DNA from: Cyanidioschyzon merolae
Taxonomy: Eukaryota
Length of the DNA: 64,000 nucleotides
Assembly (NCBI GenBank): GCA_000091205.1
Contig: AP006499.2
Direction: 5' to 3' (one strand)
Shown: positions 20,644 through 31,978 of the stretch, piece after piece
How positions within the stretch are numbered: the first letter of the stretch is position 1
Layout of the letters: each line of letters opens with the position of its first letter
The notes under the pieces: model-generated
What the model saw: only the letters and a program-made list of their open reading frames with translations
Databases searched by the model: none
Told to the model about the DNA's origin: nothing
Program-made: the position numbers and the translations under genes

Positions 20644-23600
20644 CACACATGCAGCGTCAAGTTCCACAAAGCACCGCTGACGTCCTCGTGTATCGACGGG
20701 TGCTGTTCGCGCGCACCTTGAACCTGTATAAAGCAGGTACCCGCAAGCACTCGGAACAAACCTACCACTTTGTCGTTACGAAGTCTACAAGCGACCAGTA
20801 GCGTACGACAAGTGTACCAGCACCCAAGTGCCTGCTTGATTGTCCCGGAAACCTGATAGCACAGAAGCCTTCCGTTTCGGACACCGGTTTGGAGGGGTCA
20901 GCTGCGACCAGCACTACGAGCACCACCAGATAATCGATCATATATGGACATTGAGGACGTCGAGGTCGCGATGCAGCGCTGCTGCCGCCGCTGCCGCTGC
21001 GCAAGCGATCATCGACTGCCCGTAACACGATGCGTAGGATACCTATGTGCTGGTGCAGTGGAGGCTGCACGTGTCGGTTGCTATGGTCACGTCTGGTGCA
21101 TGTGGGGCAATGAATTTGGGTGTAGGAATCGTGTATGGAGCCTAGGTTCTCCAAAAATCTTGGACAAGTTGCAATGAGGGGTAACGGATCTAGGTGTCGT
21201 TGGAGGGTGCTTGGAGGTCATTTGTCGGGGTGCTTGTGTGTCGCTCCTTGAGCGCTGGCGTTCGATACATCACCGGAATCAAGATGACTCATGACGCTCT
21301 TGAACAGCGGTTCGTAAAATAGCTGATATCGTGATGCAGAGCATAGGTACAGGCCCCAGGCTTTTCCGTTCTTGATGTGGAGCGTGCTCGAATCGCGCAT
21401 GCTTCGAGTTTTCTGTCTTTCTGGTTCATGACGGCGCATGTGTTGCTGGAAGAACGACGAACAAAACTGGACGTCATGTCTCGGCAATTTGTTCACCAGC
21501 TCATATCGATCGTTCACTGAACGTGTCTCGTCGAATCATCGATGCCTTTTCGAGCCACACCTGCTTGGATCCTCGTACATATCCACGGACGACATTCCGC
21601 AGCAGCGTGGCATTTCTGACGCGGGGCGCTTCTGGAGGCCCCCGTCTGCTCGGTAGACATCTGGAATAGGTCAAGGACGCGCGCTTGAGTCATCGAAGCG
21701 ACTGCTTCTGGTGGAGCGCAAGTCACCACCACCATCCACGAAAAAGGCGTAGACGGATCGAGAAATCTCGATCTCGTGTCTAGCCTGGATTCTCCTTGCG
21801 CGGCTTGTTTCATCATGGGAAACACCACGTTCCAAAAAGATTCTTTATCAAATGGAACATCGTGCTTTTGCGTGTGCCGCTTACAGGTTACGCATCGAAG
21901 GCATCGCCCGGAACAAGCCAGGAATTGCCGTGGAAGGCACCAGAGGCGCCAACGAATGAAGACACCAACCAGAGCCCTCTGTAGCCGTCAAAGGCATGTA
22001 CCGGGATGTGAAGCAAGCGTTCACCTGCCATAGGACGACGCTCGGAGGAGCAGAAGGTGCGGTTTATGTATTAGAACATCTGACCAGCGTCAAGTGTTTT
22101 CGCTGCGAAGCGCGCTCCGAGGCTATCTATATCGAAGATGCATATTGCAAGCGACGCGTAGATTGGAACTACTGCTTCTGCATGAAATGCGTCGACAGCA
22201 TCCATACGCGGCGAATTCGGGACTGGAACGTATCCATCAATACCCTTCGACTGATGATAAGGGGGCCGGAGGCACGCGAGAGACAGGCGTCTGGAAAGCC
22301 GATGAATCGAGAGAGACGAAAACGTAGCATTTGCACAAGAATTCCGCAGCGGCTGGTATCGGAGACAGTGGCAGGAGTCCCAAACCTTACAGTGCGCACC
22401 TGCGTTACGAGGCCCATTCCGTCGGAAGCTCAGGCTGGTCTGGGCGCGTGCACCATGATGATGATGACGACGACGCGCTGGTTGCCACAATGATGTTGCT
22501 CTGGACATTTCAGCTACAGAAAAACGTGCAAAACCTGATAACCAGCCACAGATGCATGGACACGAGTCAAGGCTCTCGAATCTTGCTTGCCATATCAATG
22601 TCTGCGAAAAGCTTGTACGAACACCGCATCTCCCGGGGCGAAGGAGTTCGAGCGCTGCACATGTCCTCGACTGGCCGGGAGGCATGCTGCAGGCTCGCGA
22701 CACCCAGACGATAGCTGCTGCTGCTGCTACTGCATGCGTTCTCGGGAACATCTTGTAGGTATATTTCAGCGCGAAACGCATGCGTCGACGCTCACACCAC
22801 CTCCCTGTACAAGAGCAGAGCACTTTGACGAATAAGTTTCACAGCGTACCGAGGCCTTGTCCGGCGAATCGACTCGAAAAGCGCGCTTGTTTGCTCTTGC
22901 CCCGCATCGGATCGCGAGTTATCCAAGGTTCCGATTCTTCATGTTCGAAAGCGCTGCGCCTCTGCATGAGTTACTCGGGAAAATAGATGACTTTATACGG
23001 CAAACAGCGTCAGCATTTGATTTGTCTAGGACGAGGTCTGCAAACGACACCTGCGTGGATGTCACTGCAAGCGCAGCGTTACAAACCTCAACAGCTTCTG
23101 GTACCGGCAAGTGAGCGCCCCAGGGCCAACACAGCTGGTTCACGGCTCTCGTTATCCAAGCATACAGCAGGACGCTTCCGCCCCACACGAGTGATTGCAT
23201 GCAAAGTACAGCACAGTCACGATGAAGGCACACTCGTTGCGCTACTGCTTGCGAGAGCACACGGCAGCAGGGCCAACCGTCACGTAGAACACCCACGCTT
23301 GATCAAGGAAGAGCACGCCGCATCGCTCGTGAAACCGGCATCCGCTACAGAAACACCCCAGAAAGAAAAGTTATTCTATTCACTGAAACGGATCGGATAA
23401 AGGTACGCCATCCGATCAGTGCACAAGCCAGCGTAGCGCAGCCTGGTATGCAGTTGGCCCGCAACGCGTTACGCATCTGCAAGGCGCATACCTGTCCGTC
23501 AAGGAAAAGAACACGCAGCAGCTTGTATAGCACTAGCGCAGAATCACCAGGATCCAGACCGTAACAGGCAGCGTTAAACGTAGCACAGCACCGCGTGATG

Positions 23601-23860
23601 AAAGCAAAGCATCCACCACAGCTTCCGGTTTGCACAGCACAGGTGGTATTGCCGCTTCTGCGAAGACGCCCAGTGCGTCTGTTCGCTGCCGCAGCTTCAG
23701 TGCGTCGCTATCCAGCACAGCGACGCTCATCTGACTCCTGCAAAAGACAACAGCAAGCCGAGGTGACATCGGGAACACCTCCCGCCGGCGCTCGTATTAC
23801 TGTTAATTCGTTATGCTGTCCTGCAAAACACCAACCAGTTGCAAGAGGCACACGCCAGAC

Positions 23861-24685
23861 GTCCCACTGCCACTAGTCATCAGCGTTCTACTGGGTCCGA
23901 GTGTCACCTGCTCAGGCACGTGTGCTTGCAACCCTGTCATTTTCAGATCTTTAGTACCGTACCACTAGTCATCAGCGTTCTACTGGGTCCGAATGTCACC
24001 TGCTCAGGCACGTGTGCTTGCAACCCTGTCATTTTCAGATCTTTAGTAACGTACCACTAGACATCAGCGTTCTACTGGGTCCGAGTGTCACCTGCTCAGG
24101 CACGTGTGCTTGCAACCCTGTCATTTTCAGATCTTTGGTACCGTACCACTAGTCATCAGCGTTCTACTGGGTCCGAGTGTCACCTGCTCAGGCACGTGTG
24201 CTTGCAACCCTGTCATTTTCAGATCTTTGGTAACGTACCACTAGTCATCAGCGTTCTACTGGGTCCGAATGTCACCTGCTTAGGCACGTGTGCTTGCAAC
24301 CCTGTCATTTTCAGATCTTTGGTACCGTACCACTAGTCATCAGCGTTCTACTGGGTCCGAGTGTCACCTGCTCAGGCACGTGTGCTTGCAACCCTGTCAT
24401 TTTCAGATCTTTGGTAACGTACCACTAGTCATCAGCGTTCTACTGGGTCCGAGTGTCACCTGCTCAGGCACGTGTGCTTGCAACCCTGTCATTTTCAGAT
24501 CTTTAGTAACGTACCACTAGACATCAGCGTTCTACTGGGTCCGAGTGTCACCTGCTCAGGCACGTGTGCTTGCAACCCTGTCATTTTCAGATCTTTAGTA
24601 ACGTACCACTAGACATCAGCGTTCTACTGTGTCCGAGTGTCACCTGCTCAGGCACGTGTGCTTGCAACCCTGTCATTTTCAGATC
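23861..24685. repeat. satellite-like tandem array, 92-bp unit x 9 (ccactagtcatcagcgttctactgggtccgagtgtcacctgctcaggcacgtgtgcttgcaaccctgtcattttcagatctttagtaccgta)
   Basis: Nine head-to-tail units with a few variable positions (tagtaccgta/tggtaacgta, agtcatc/agacatc, ccgagtg/ccgaatg). Each unit carries one perfect CACGTG (E-box/G-box) palindrome. The array ends ~200 bp upstream of the apyrase ATG. The 73-84-aa ORFs inside it (23839.., 24085.., 24290.., 24637..) are repeat artefacts. Confidence 0.92.
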
Positions 24686-24884
24686 GCTGCCCTAGCTTTC
24701 CTCAAGTAACGCGCTACCCCAAGGCATTCTTGGAGCGCCCCACGAGCACGAGCGCGCGACATGTCCTATCGCCGCTTGACGGTTACGCAGCCAACGCGTT
24801 AGGGCAAGTGTGTCTCAGCTGGTGCACTGTCAGAGGGCGAGGCTCAGACGTGAACCGCCAGAGGGCTTGCTTTATGTATAGTTT

Positions 24885-26450
24885 ATGCTAATACCGCAGG
24901 GCAAGTCCTTTCAAAGAGGCTCCCGTTCAGTCTCTGCCGGCTCTCTGGACAGCGACAGCGGCGGTTACGGTCGAGGTGCAGTACGTCCCAGCGAGCGGCG
25001 AGTGTCGCGTTCTCGTTGGTCAGAGATGGTTGGCAGTGCCCATGATCGACACCAAAGCGGTTATAGGGGAAGTTCGAACTCTCTTCCGACGGCCAGTAGC
25101 CGGCAGAGCAGTGTCGACCTTGAAACTGGTCGTTCGCTCCTGGACGATGCCGACGAGAACGACAAGGAGCGTCGGGGCCTCTGGTCCCTGGGTCTCGGTT
25201 TTGCGGCGAGCTCTGCGGCGAGTTCGTTGCCATCTGGTTCGGCTACATCGCTTTCAGGTACGAACGGAACGCCTCCCTCGACGAGCATTGTCGAATGGCT
25301 GCGACAACGCTCGCTGCGTGGCCTCCTGTACTGGCTTCTCGCCCTGTGTTGTATTGGCCTTCTGCTGGACTACTCGGTGAATCACCTGCTGCATCACAGC
25401 AGTTTCTTAGGAAATCATGGGCATGACTATAGAAACCGGGACATGTATCGACCCGACAGACCATGGGGACCGTTTGTTTTCGGGGTTATCACGGACATGG
25501 ATCGATTGTCTGCCGTACCTCACCGCTCGAAAGCATCCAAAAGCGAGTGGATTGCGTATTTCCGTCGAGGTGAACTGGAATACCGTGTACACGACGCTCG
25601 TGGAAACCGATCAGCTGAAGGTGTTTGGACTATCCGCTGGCACGAGCCTGCTCCCGGTGTTCGCTTGACAACGCAACTGAGCGAGGCCGGACGCGGTATG
25701 GAACTCAGCGAACTCGTTTACTGGCGAGGACGTTATCTGACGCCCTGCGATCGCACCGGCATCGTGTACGAAATTCTGAACGCTCGCTTACCGAAACCCT
25801 ATGTAGCATCGCGTTACGTGCTCGCTACCGGTGACGGTGAACACGCGAAAGGTTTCAAAGCGGAGTGGATGACCGTTCAGCATGGTGCACTATTCATTGG
25901 CGGACACGGCCGCGAAACCACGGATGCACACAACGGCACTCATGTGGTGAACGACGATGCGCTCTGGGTGAAACGCATCGCTCCAGATGGTGTAGCGTTC
26001 GTGGAGCACCTCAACTGGACGAACCGTTATGAACGGCTACGTCGAGCAGCGGGCACCGCATTTCCGGGCTACCTGGAACACGAAGCGGTTGTCTGGAGTG
26101 AACGACGCTCCCAGTGGCTCTTTCTTCCACGACGGTTCAGCGTCGAGCCATATGATGAACGAGCAAACGAATTTCGCGGTTGGAATGGTTATCTTTTAGC
26201 AGATGAGAACTTTCAGAGCATTCAGCTCAAACACCTGAATGTTCGTGTCGATGGTGAGCGCGGCTTCTCGTCTGTGAAGTTTCTGCCGTTTACCGGTGAC
26301 CGGCTTGCCATTGCGTTGCGAACGATCGAACACGAGGACGAGGGTGTGTATCGAACGTATCTGACAGTGTTCCAGGTCGACGATGGTCGCGTCCTCTTGG
26401 CCGATACGCCAGTCGGTGAGCACAAGTACGAAGGCATTGAATTTTTATAA
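24885..26450 (+). CDS. CANT1-type (Cimex-family) calcium-activated nucleotidase / apyrase, type-II membrane protein, 521 aa
   Basis: ATG at 24885. A ~150-aa Ser/Arg-rich cytosolic N-terminus is followed by a TM anchor (LLYWLLALCCIGLLLDY). The luminal domain has characteristic apyrase blocks ELSELVYWRGRYLTPCDRTGIVYEI, KGFKAEWMTVQHGALFIGGHG, LWVKRIAPDG and GVYRTYLTVFQV. Confidence 0.75.
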   Translation: MLIPQGKSFQRGSRSVSAGSLDSDSGGYGRGAVRPSERRVSRSRWSEMVGSAHDRHQSGYRGSSNSLPTASSRQSSVDLETGRSLLDDADENDKERRGLWSLGLGFAASSAASSLPSGSATSLSGTNGTPPSTSIVEWLRQRSLRGLLYWLLALCCIGLLLDYSVNHLLHHSSFLGNHGHDYRNRDMYRPDRPWGPFVFGVITDMDRLSAVPHRSKASKSEWIAYFRRGELEYRVHDARGNRSAEGVWTIRWHEPAPGVRLTTQLSEAGRGMELSELVYWRGRYLTPCDRTGIVYEILNARLPKPYVASRYVLATGDGEHAKGFKAEWMTVQHGALFIGGHGRETTDAHNGTHVVNDDALWVKRIAPDGVAFVEHLNWTNRYERLRRAAGTAFPGYLEHEAVVWSERRSQWLFLPRRFSVEPYDERANEFRGWNGYLLADENFQSIQLKHLNVRVDGERGFSSVKFLPFTGDRLAIALRTIEHEDEGVYRTYLTVFQVDDGRVLLADTPVGEHKYEGIEFL

Positions 26451-27661
26451 GTAGCGGAAGCACAGCGTCATCCTGTTCGCCTGTTTGTCTGTCTGTTTCC
26501 ACGTCTATTAGTACGCGTATGCGTTGATATGTACGTGTTGAGGTTGCGGGCGTGGCTCTCCCAGCGAGCGCAAACAGGACCTGGTGCTTCGCAGGTAAGC
26601 GGCAACACCGCTCGCGTATCACTGTGTTGGCGGTGCCGGCTGCGTCCCTGCTGATATCCAGTTTTTAAACAAAAATCAAACCAGATCGTACAGTCTACCT
26701 CAACCGGATCATAAACCGCTTTTGAACGAAAACTTACCAGTCGCTCGAATAGGTGCCCGAGTTCGTTTCGCGTCTCTGACCCAGGAAAGCGTACACGTCC
26801 ATCATCTCGAGCCGGTTAAGGCCGCAACGCTGTCACCGCATCATGCCAAGCAGCAGCACCTCCGATGGATACGCTAGCCCGTGCTTCGATCTGTTCCAGA
26901 CACGTAGGCTATGTGAACGTGCCAGAAGCGTCGGAAACGCGAGTCTCAGACGCGCTGAGACACACAGGCGCTACAGGCACCTTCGTTGGCAGCGTGACGC
27001 TGACTAGTGAGCATGCGCTCGCCGCAGTGCTCTTGTTGCTGTTGTCGTCATCGTCGTAGCTGGCACTGCGCTCATTGCAGGTTGCATCAGCGAGGTGTAT
27101 TCGACTCGAACTAGGTTTCGAGTGTGGTGTGCGGCACCAGTCTACGATCCCGGTACTAGCGCAGAAACGAAATTCGAAACACTGCGGCACAGCTGGCTCC
27201 TGGTAACGTCGCCTCGACAGTGCCTTTCATGAACAAGAGGCAGCCTTGGATACGCGTACGAAACGCTGAGAAGCGGCCTCAGCGGGCACCTGCTGCGAGG
27301 TCGCGTCAGGCGGATGTCCCTGGTGTTGCTTGGCTGCATCGACACCGATGCTCAGCCCGATACGCCAATGCTGCCGGTGACTCAGAACGAAACCTCCGTT
27401 GCTCAGCAAACGCTCTCGGGTGCCTCAATCCTGGAATCGCGTTCATCCTCGAGCGTAGCGTTTCGGTTGGTCCAGTGATACCGCGGCTGCTGAACCTCGC
27501 AGAGGCAGTTCCCGCTATGCTGTGCTATGCTGCTTCGCGGGGGGCATTTCGTGCCCGACCTGGACGGCTTCTCCGTAGCCCCCTAGCCAGCAGATCGCGG
27601 AAGCAACAGCAACAACGACGCCTCTGTTGAGAGGCGCTCTAGATCAGCGCGCCTGACGCAT

Positions 27662-30190
27662 TCAGAGAGCGGGTGGCAGTTTCGACATGTCCAGTGGCGC
27701 CAGGGAGAGCGGTGGCGAGTACCTGCGCACAAGCGCGGTACGCCCTGTTGTCGTTGTCGTCGTCTCCGTTCCGGTGAGCGCACTCGGGTCCGCAGAGCCG
27801 GCATCCGCGATACCCGCTGCGGAACAATGCTCCAGTGCAGTCGTGCCTGTGGTTGGCGATACCGTCGCGTTTCGCCCTGGTGGATACTGAGGCGTACCCG
27901 CCGATTCCAGTCGCAGCCGCAGTTCCCGATCAATACGCACCAGTTCCTGGTACACCTCTGCCATCGAGGGTCGCTTCTGTGGCTGCTCCTGTAGACAACG
28001 ATTCACGAGCTGTACATACGCGCGCTTATCCTCGTGCTGCTTGCCGGCAGGCACCAGCGGCATACTCAGGCAAAGTCCTTGAAAAGCCACCGCCACCAGC
28101 ACCTGCATCGGCTGTAGACCAGCAAACGGAATGCGTCTGGTGATCACCTCCCAGGCGACCACACCAAAAGAATACACGTCGCACTTCTCGTTGTGCGGTT
28201 CGTTACGAATGACTTCGGGAGCGGTCCATTCGGGCGTGCCTCCGGCAATGCGACTCGTGAGAAACGTTCGATGTTTCGCACGGGAGAGCCCAAAGTCCGA
28301 GATTTTCACCCGCCAGTTCTCGCTAACGAGGCAGTTCATGGACTTGAGATCCCGATGGATGATCGGTGGATGGCAAGCGTGAAGATACGTCATGCCACGA
28401 GCAGCGTCCTGCATCATGGCTAGGCGCCGACGCCAGGGTAGCCGCACGCGGCGCGACGGGTCTGCAGGCGTGTGCAGCAGGTCAAAGAGGCTCCCACGCG
28501 GCATCAACTCGATAACGATGCAGAGGTTCGGTGGTGCTACCACAGCACCGAAGAACTGCACGATGCACGGGTGACGCAGGTTTGCCATGATGTCGCATTC
28601 GGCGAGAAACTCGTCGAGTTCCTCCGCGGACAGCGCTCGATCGAGAAGCGAGCGTTTCACTGCGACCTCGGTGCCTCGCCAGAGCGCTCGATGCACCGAG
28701 CCAAAGCCCCCCGCCCCAATATGTTCCAGAATCTGCAGCTCGGACTCGTCAATACACCAGCGACGACGAGCGCTCACGAGCGACTGCTCAGGATCAGGCT
28801 GTGTACATCGATGACCGACTAGAACGGGGGCCCAGGCTGGCGACGATGGACCCCGGAGGCTGCCACTACTGCCACCGGCACCACCGCCATCACCACCACC
28901 GGCACCTCGTCGCTGTTGTGGTGTTCCCAGGGCGCTCGTGACCGTATTCGCCTGTTGTTGCTGTTGCTGTGAATCCGCAATCGTTGGCGTCGTATCACCC
29001 GTTTCGGAATCATTGGCGATATCTTCGTCCATGGGGACAGGCTCGGGTCGGAAGAGCTCCTCACTGGATCGACTCCGACCCGAGGCTCGTTCCACGTCGG
29101 TGTCGCTGGCAGGCTTGGCGTTGGCGGCCTTTTCGCGTTCGCGGCGTCGCTGACGCAGGTACCAGACACCAACGCCGCTGCCCAGCAGACAAGCGCCCAG
29201 CACAGGTAGCACAGTTGCCACCGCGATGACCCAGGGCGGAGCACCTCCGGTGCCCGAACCTGGCCCCTGGAGCGTGCTGGTCGTTGGTGCGACACCCAGC
29301 GTTTCAACAGTCCCGCCAACGAGTGTAATCGGTACACCAGCTGTCCCGCTCATGGCACCGGAATTGACGTAGTTCTGGAGACCCTGCGTCGCGTTCTCCG
29401 CTTCAACCCCGCGAGGAACAATTGCGGTATAGGTAGCGTATACGGAACCTGCGTACAAGTTCGTCAGATAGAACTGCGAGGCATCGAGTATGCCGTTTGT
29501 GCTATTTGCCATCCACCGTTTCAGCTGTTCGCTGTAGAGGCTGGTAAACTCCCCCAAGGTCAGATTACGAATGTAGAGCGTCGCCTCCATGTACAAATAG
29601 TTGCTGGCAGGCGAGGGCATTGCTGGTGTTGGTACCGGACGCGCTTGTTTCTGGCCAGTCAGGAAGGTGTCGGGCGTAGGCGACGCACTTGGTGCCATAT
29701 ACACTGGAATGTTCTCGTCGACGAGCGTAACGTTCACCGCCGCCGCTCGCGACAGCGCACCACTGTCAATCCAGTCCGTCAGCGCTATGCGGACGGAGCT
29801 CGCGATTCGTGTAGGTACCTGAATCATAAATACTGCAATCCGAACCCGAGGCTCATAGTTCGTGAGCGTCACGGGCGGCGCGTGGTGCACCGACGGATAG
29901 TGCCCCAGAATGAACTGCTGCAGGCCGGTTTCCAGCCTTAACATATCGTTCTCGTTCACGCTGCCGGAAGATGCGCTCACATTTAACCGTACCAAAAGCA
30001 GCTCATCGTCTCGTGGCCAGTTTGATGGTGTCGGGCTCGGCTGCGGCAACGAACTCACGAGTAACGTCGGCGTCAAGGAAACGGGCTCCACGAGCGGCAA
30101 CGTCGAGGTGGCACTCGCTGGCCCCGAGCACACCCCCAGGAGCGCTAAGATGACAAGAAAAACGATAAGGACCGCACGACTATTGGTCAT
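27662..30190 (-). CDS. single-pass transmembrane receptor-like Ser/Thr protein kinase (TKL-like), ~842 aa
   Basis: The likely start is the ATG on the reverse strand at 30188-30190, giving a signal peptide MTNSRAVLIVFLVILALLGVCSGPASA (the track ORF extends upstream to 30310). The ~380-aa extracellular domain has many NxS/T sites. The TM segment is PWVIAVATVLPVLGACLLGSGVGVWYL. The cytoplasmic kinase has GAGGFGSV...VAVK, HRDLKSMNCLV, DFGLS and GTPEWTAPE. A Gly/Gln-rich juxtamembrane linker is encoded partly by (caa/cag) repeats. Confidence 0.8.
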   Translation of the reverse strand: MTNSRAVLIVFLVILALLGVCSGPASATSTLPLVEPVSLTPTLLVSSLPQPSPTPSNWPRDDELLLVRLNVSASSGSVNENDMLRLETGLQQFILGHYPSVHHAPPVTLTNYEPRVRIAVFMIQVPTRIASSVRIALTDWIDSGALSRAAAVNVTLVDENIPVYMAPSASPTPDTFLTGQKQARPVPTPAMPSPASNYLYMEATLYIRNLTLGEFTSLYSEQLKRWMANSTNGILDASQFYLTNLYAGSVYATYTAIVPRGVEAENATQGLQNYVNSGAMSGTAGVPITLVGGTVETLGVAPTTSTLQGPGSGTGGAPPWVIAVATVLPVLGACLLGSGVGVWYLRQRRREREKAANAKPASDTDVERASGRSRSSEELFRPEPVPMDEDIANDSETGDTTPTIADSQQQQQQANTVTSALGTPQQRRGAGGGDGGGAGGSSGSLRGPSSPAWAPVLVGHRCTQPDPEQSLVSARRRWCIDESELQILEHIGAGGFGSVHRALWRGTEVAVKRSLLDRALSAEELDEFLAECDIMANLRHPCIVQFFGAVVAPPNLCIVIELMPRGSLFDLLHTPADPSRRVRLPWRRRLAMMQDAARGMTYLHACHPPIIHRDLKSMNCLVSENWRVKISDFGLSRAKHRTFLTSRIAGGTPEWTAPEVIRNEPHNEKCDVYSFGVVAWEVITRRIPFAGLQPMQVLVAVAFQGLCLSMPLVPAGKQHEDKRAYVQLVNRCLQEQPQKRPSMAEVYQELVRIDRELRLRLESAGTPQYPPGRNATVSPTTGTTALEHCSAAGIADAGSADPSALTGTETTTTTTGRTALVRRYSPPLSLAPLDMSKLPPAL

Positions 30191-30350
30191 TGCGACAGCA
30201 TACCGAGAAAACAGAACCCTTGCTTGTTTTTTGCTGCCGCCACTCGAGTACAGCCACAGCCAGCGAACGTTCCCAGTTTGGGTCCGCGCATCGAGTGAGA
30301 AACTGACCACGATTGTGGCGCTGCTGCCTCGATGCGAATGCGCCGCTGCG

Positions 30351-30720
30351 ATCCCAGACGTCTCCGGGCGCCTCGTACTGTTTCCTGATCAGAATTGTAT
30401 AGTAATAAACAATTATAGCAATATATATCTACCTTTGGTGTTGGGCGATTGCGGACAGCACCGTCGAGGAACCATCCCAGACGTCTCCGGGCGCCTCGTA
30501 CTGTTTCCTGATCAGAATTGTATAGTAATAAACAACTATAGCAATATATATCTACCTTTGGTGTTGGGCGATTGCGGACAGCACCGTCGAGGAACCATCC
30601 CAGACGTCTCCGGGCGCCTCGTACTGTTTCCTGATCAGAATTGTATAGTAATAAACAATTATAGTCATATATATCTATCTTTGGTGTTGGGCGAATGCGG
30701 ACAGCACCGTCGAGGAACCC
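30351..30720. repeat. tandem direct repeat, 123-bp unit x 3, in the 5' flank of the receptor-kinase gene
   Basis: The three units (30351, 30474, 30597) are >95% identical: atcccagacgtctccgggcgcctcgtactgtttcctgatcagaattgtatagtaataaacaa(t/c)tatag(c/t)(a/c)atatatatcta(c/t)ctttggtgttgggcgattgcggacagcaccgtcgaggaacc. Each contains an AT-rich TATA-like core. The array lies 160-530 bp upstream of the kinase ATG on the reverse strand. Confidence 0.9.
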
Positions 30721-31742
30721 AGTGACACACGGATGTGTTTTCGAGATGGACAATGGGCATTCGTCGTTCCTAGCATTCGAAAGGGTGTTGATGATGAGGA
30801 TAACGACCGCAGCGATCCCGATACGAAATCGGGGAATTAGTGTACGTCATTCATAGCATTCGACGGGTGTCAATAGGGATGTCCATGGCGGCGATCGCGT
30901 GACGGTTTCCGTACCTGGGGTTGTTGTAGGCGCAAGCGGTGCATATACGGACGTTTCCATCTGCGCTTCATTCTCGATTTGGCTCTTCTTGTTCGTATAC
31001 AGCATCGATGTGCGATTCGGAACTGGCATGCTAGCCTGTGGTTGATTGCGGGAGCGGCGTGCCCTCGTATGTCCGCCGTATCGCCTTCTCTGGAAGCTGC
31101 ACTGCAGTGCTTGAACGCTTGCTCCATCTCTCGGCAGTTGTTCTTCATGAGCACAGAGGGCTTGCCTCGGTGCGTCTCTCCGTGTTGGCGCCATATACCA
31201 TAGTGCGGAATTACCGCGTCGTTCTGGGCGATGCTGTCCGTGAATATGCTTTCTGGTGGAAGCGCGAGCGCATGCTTACTCGTGCGATAGAGGATTTGCA
31301 GAACGCGATGTTTTCCATGATGACACGCAAGAATCGCGAGAAAAATTAAGACTGGTGGAAGCATACGAAACTTTGCAACTGTCGCTGGTCCCATGACGCG
31401 AATCGACGACGCACTCTGTACTGAAAGGGATCGCTGTGATAACGAAGTCCGAATTCTAGACCCTTTTCTACGCACACACACACATACACACAGAGAAGAG
31501 CCGGAAGTCTCCGGAAGTATACCCCACGAGATGGATCATAGGGCTGCTGCGGGCCTGCCGTTTCGTCGATAGCCACAATGAGATGAGGATTTATCGTCGC
31601 AACGGAATCGATCATGTGATTTGAGAAGGTCACGAACTGGTCGGCAGGAGCTTGTGAAGAAATCGTCAAGGGACGCCGTCGAGGTTCTTCGCTCGTCAAA
31701 GTCATGCGACGGAGATCTTTGGACGCACGCTGTTGTTTGCTT

Positions 31743-31978
31743 GAAAAGAAAGATCGAAAACTCGTACCATTTGTGATTTGAACATGCTACGCGTCAGGAA
31801 CGCAGAAATGTCGAGGCTCGTACATGTGAATTGGGCGATAATTGCGGGTGTTTTCATTCTGAAAAGAACGATCGAAAACTCGTACCATTTATGATTTGAA
31901 AATGCTACGCGTCAGGAACGCAGAAGCGTGGATGCTTCTACATGTGAACTGGGCGATGATTGCGGTTATTTTAAAAAT
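31743..31978. repeat. local tandem duplication, 2 x 118 bp
   Basis: The block gaaaagaa(a/c)gatcgaaaactcgtaccattt(g/a)tgatttgaa(c/a)atgctacgcgtcaggaacgcagaa...tgggcgat(a/g)attgcgg is repeated head-to-tail and is intergenic. Confidence 0.85.

Noticed and set aside
22071-22823. 250-aa reverse-strand ORF, plus other 100-250-aa ORFs in the 20.7-23.8 kb gene-poor interval (21996..22493, 22987..23400, 20762..21154)
   Set aside because: They are Arg/Cys/Ser-rich with no recognisable domain, and several antisense ORFs overlap each other. Such ORFs are expected by chance at 58% GC. A real but unrecognisable gene cannot be excluded.
23839-24891. Five similar 73-84-aa ORFs (23839, 24085, 24290, 24637...)
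   Set aside because: They are translations of the 92-bp satellite (92 is not divisible by 3, so the frame rotates) and are not genes.
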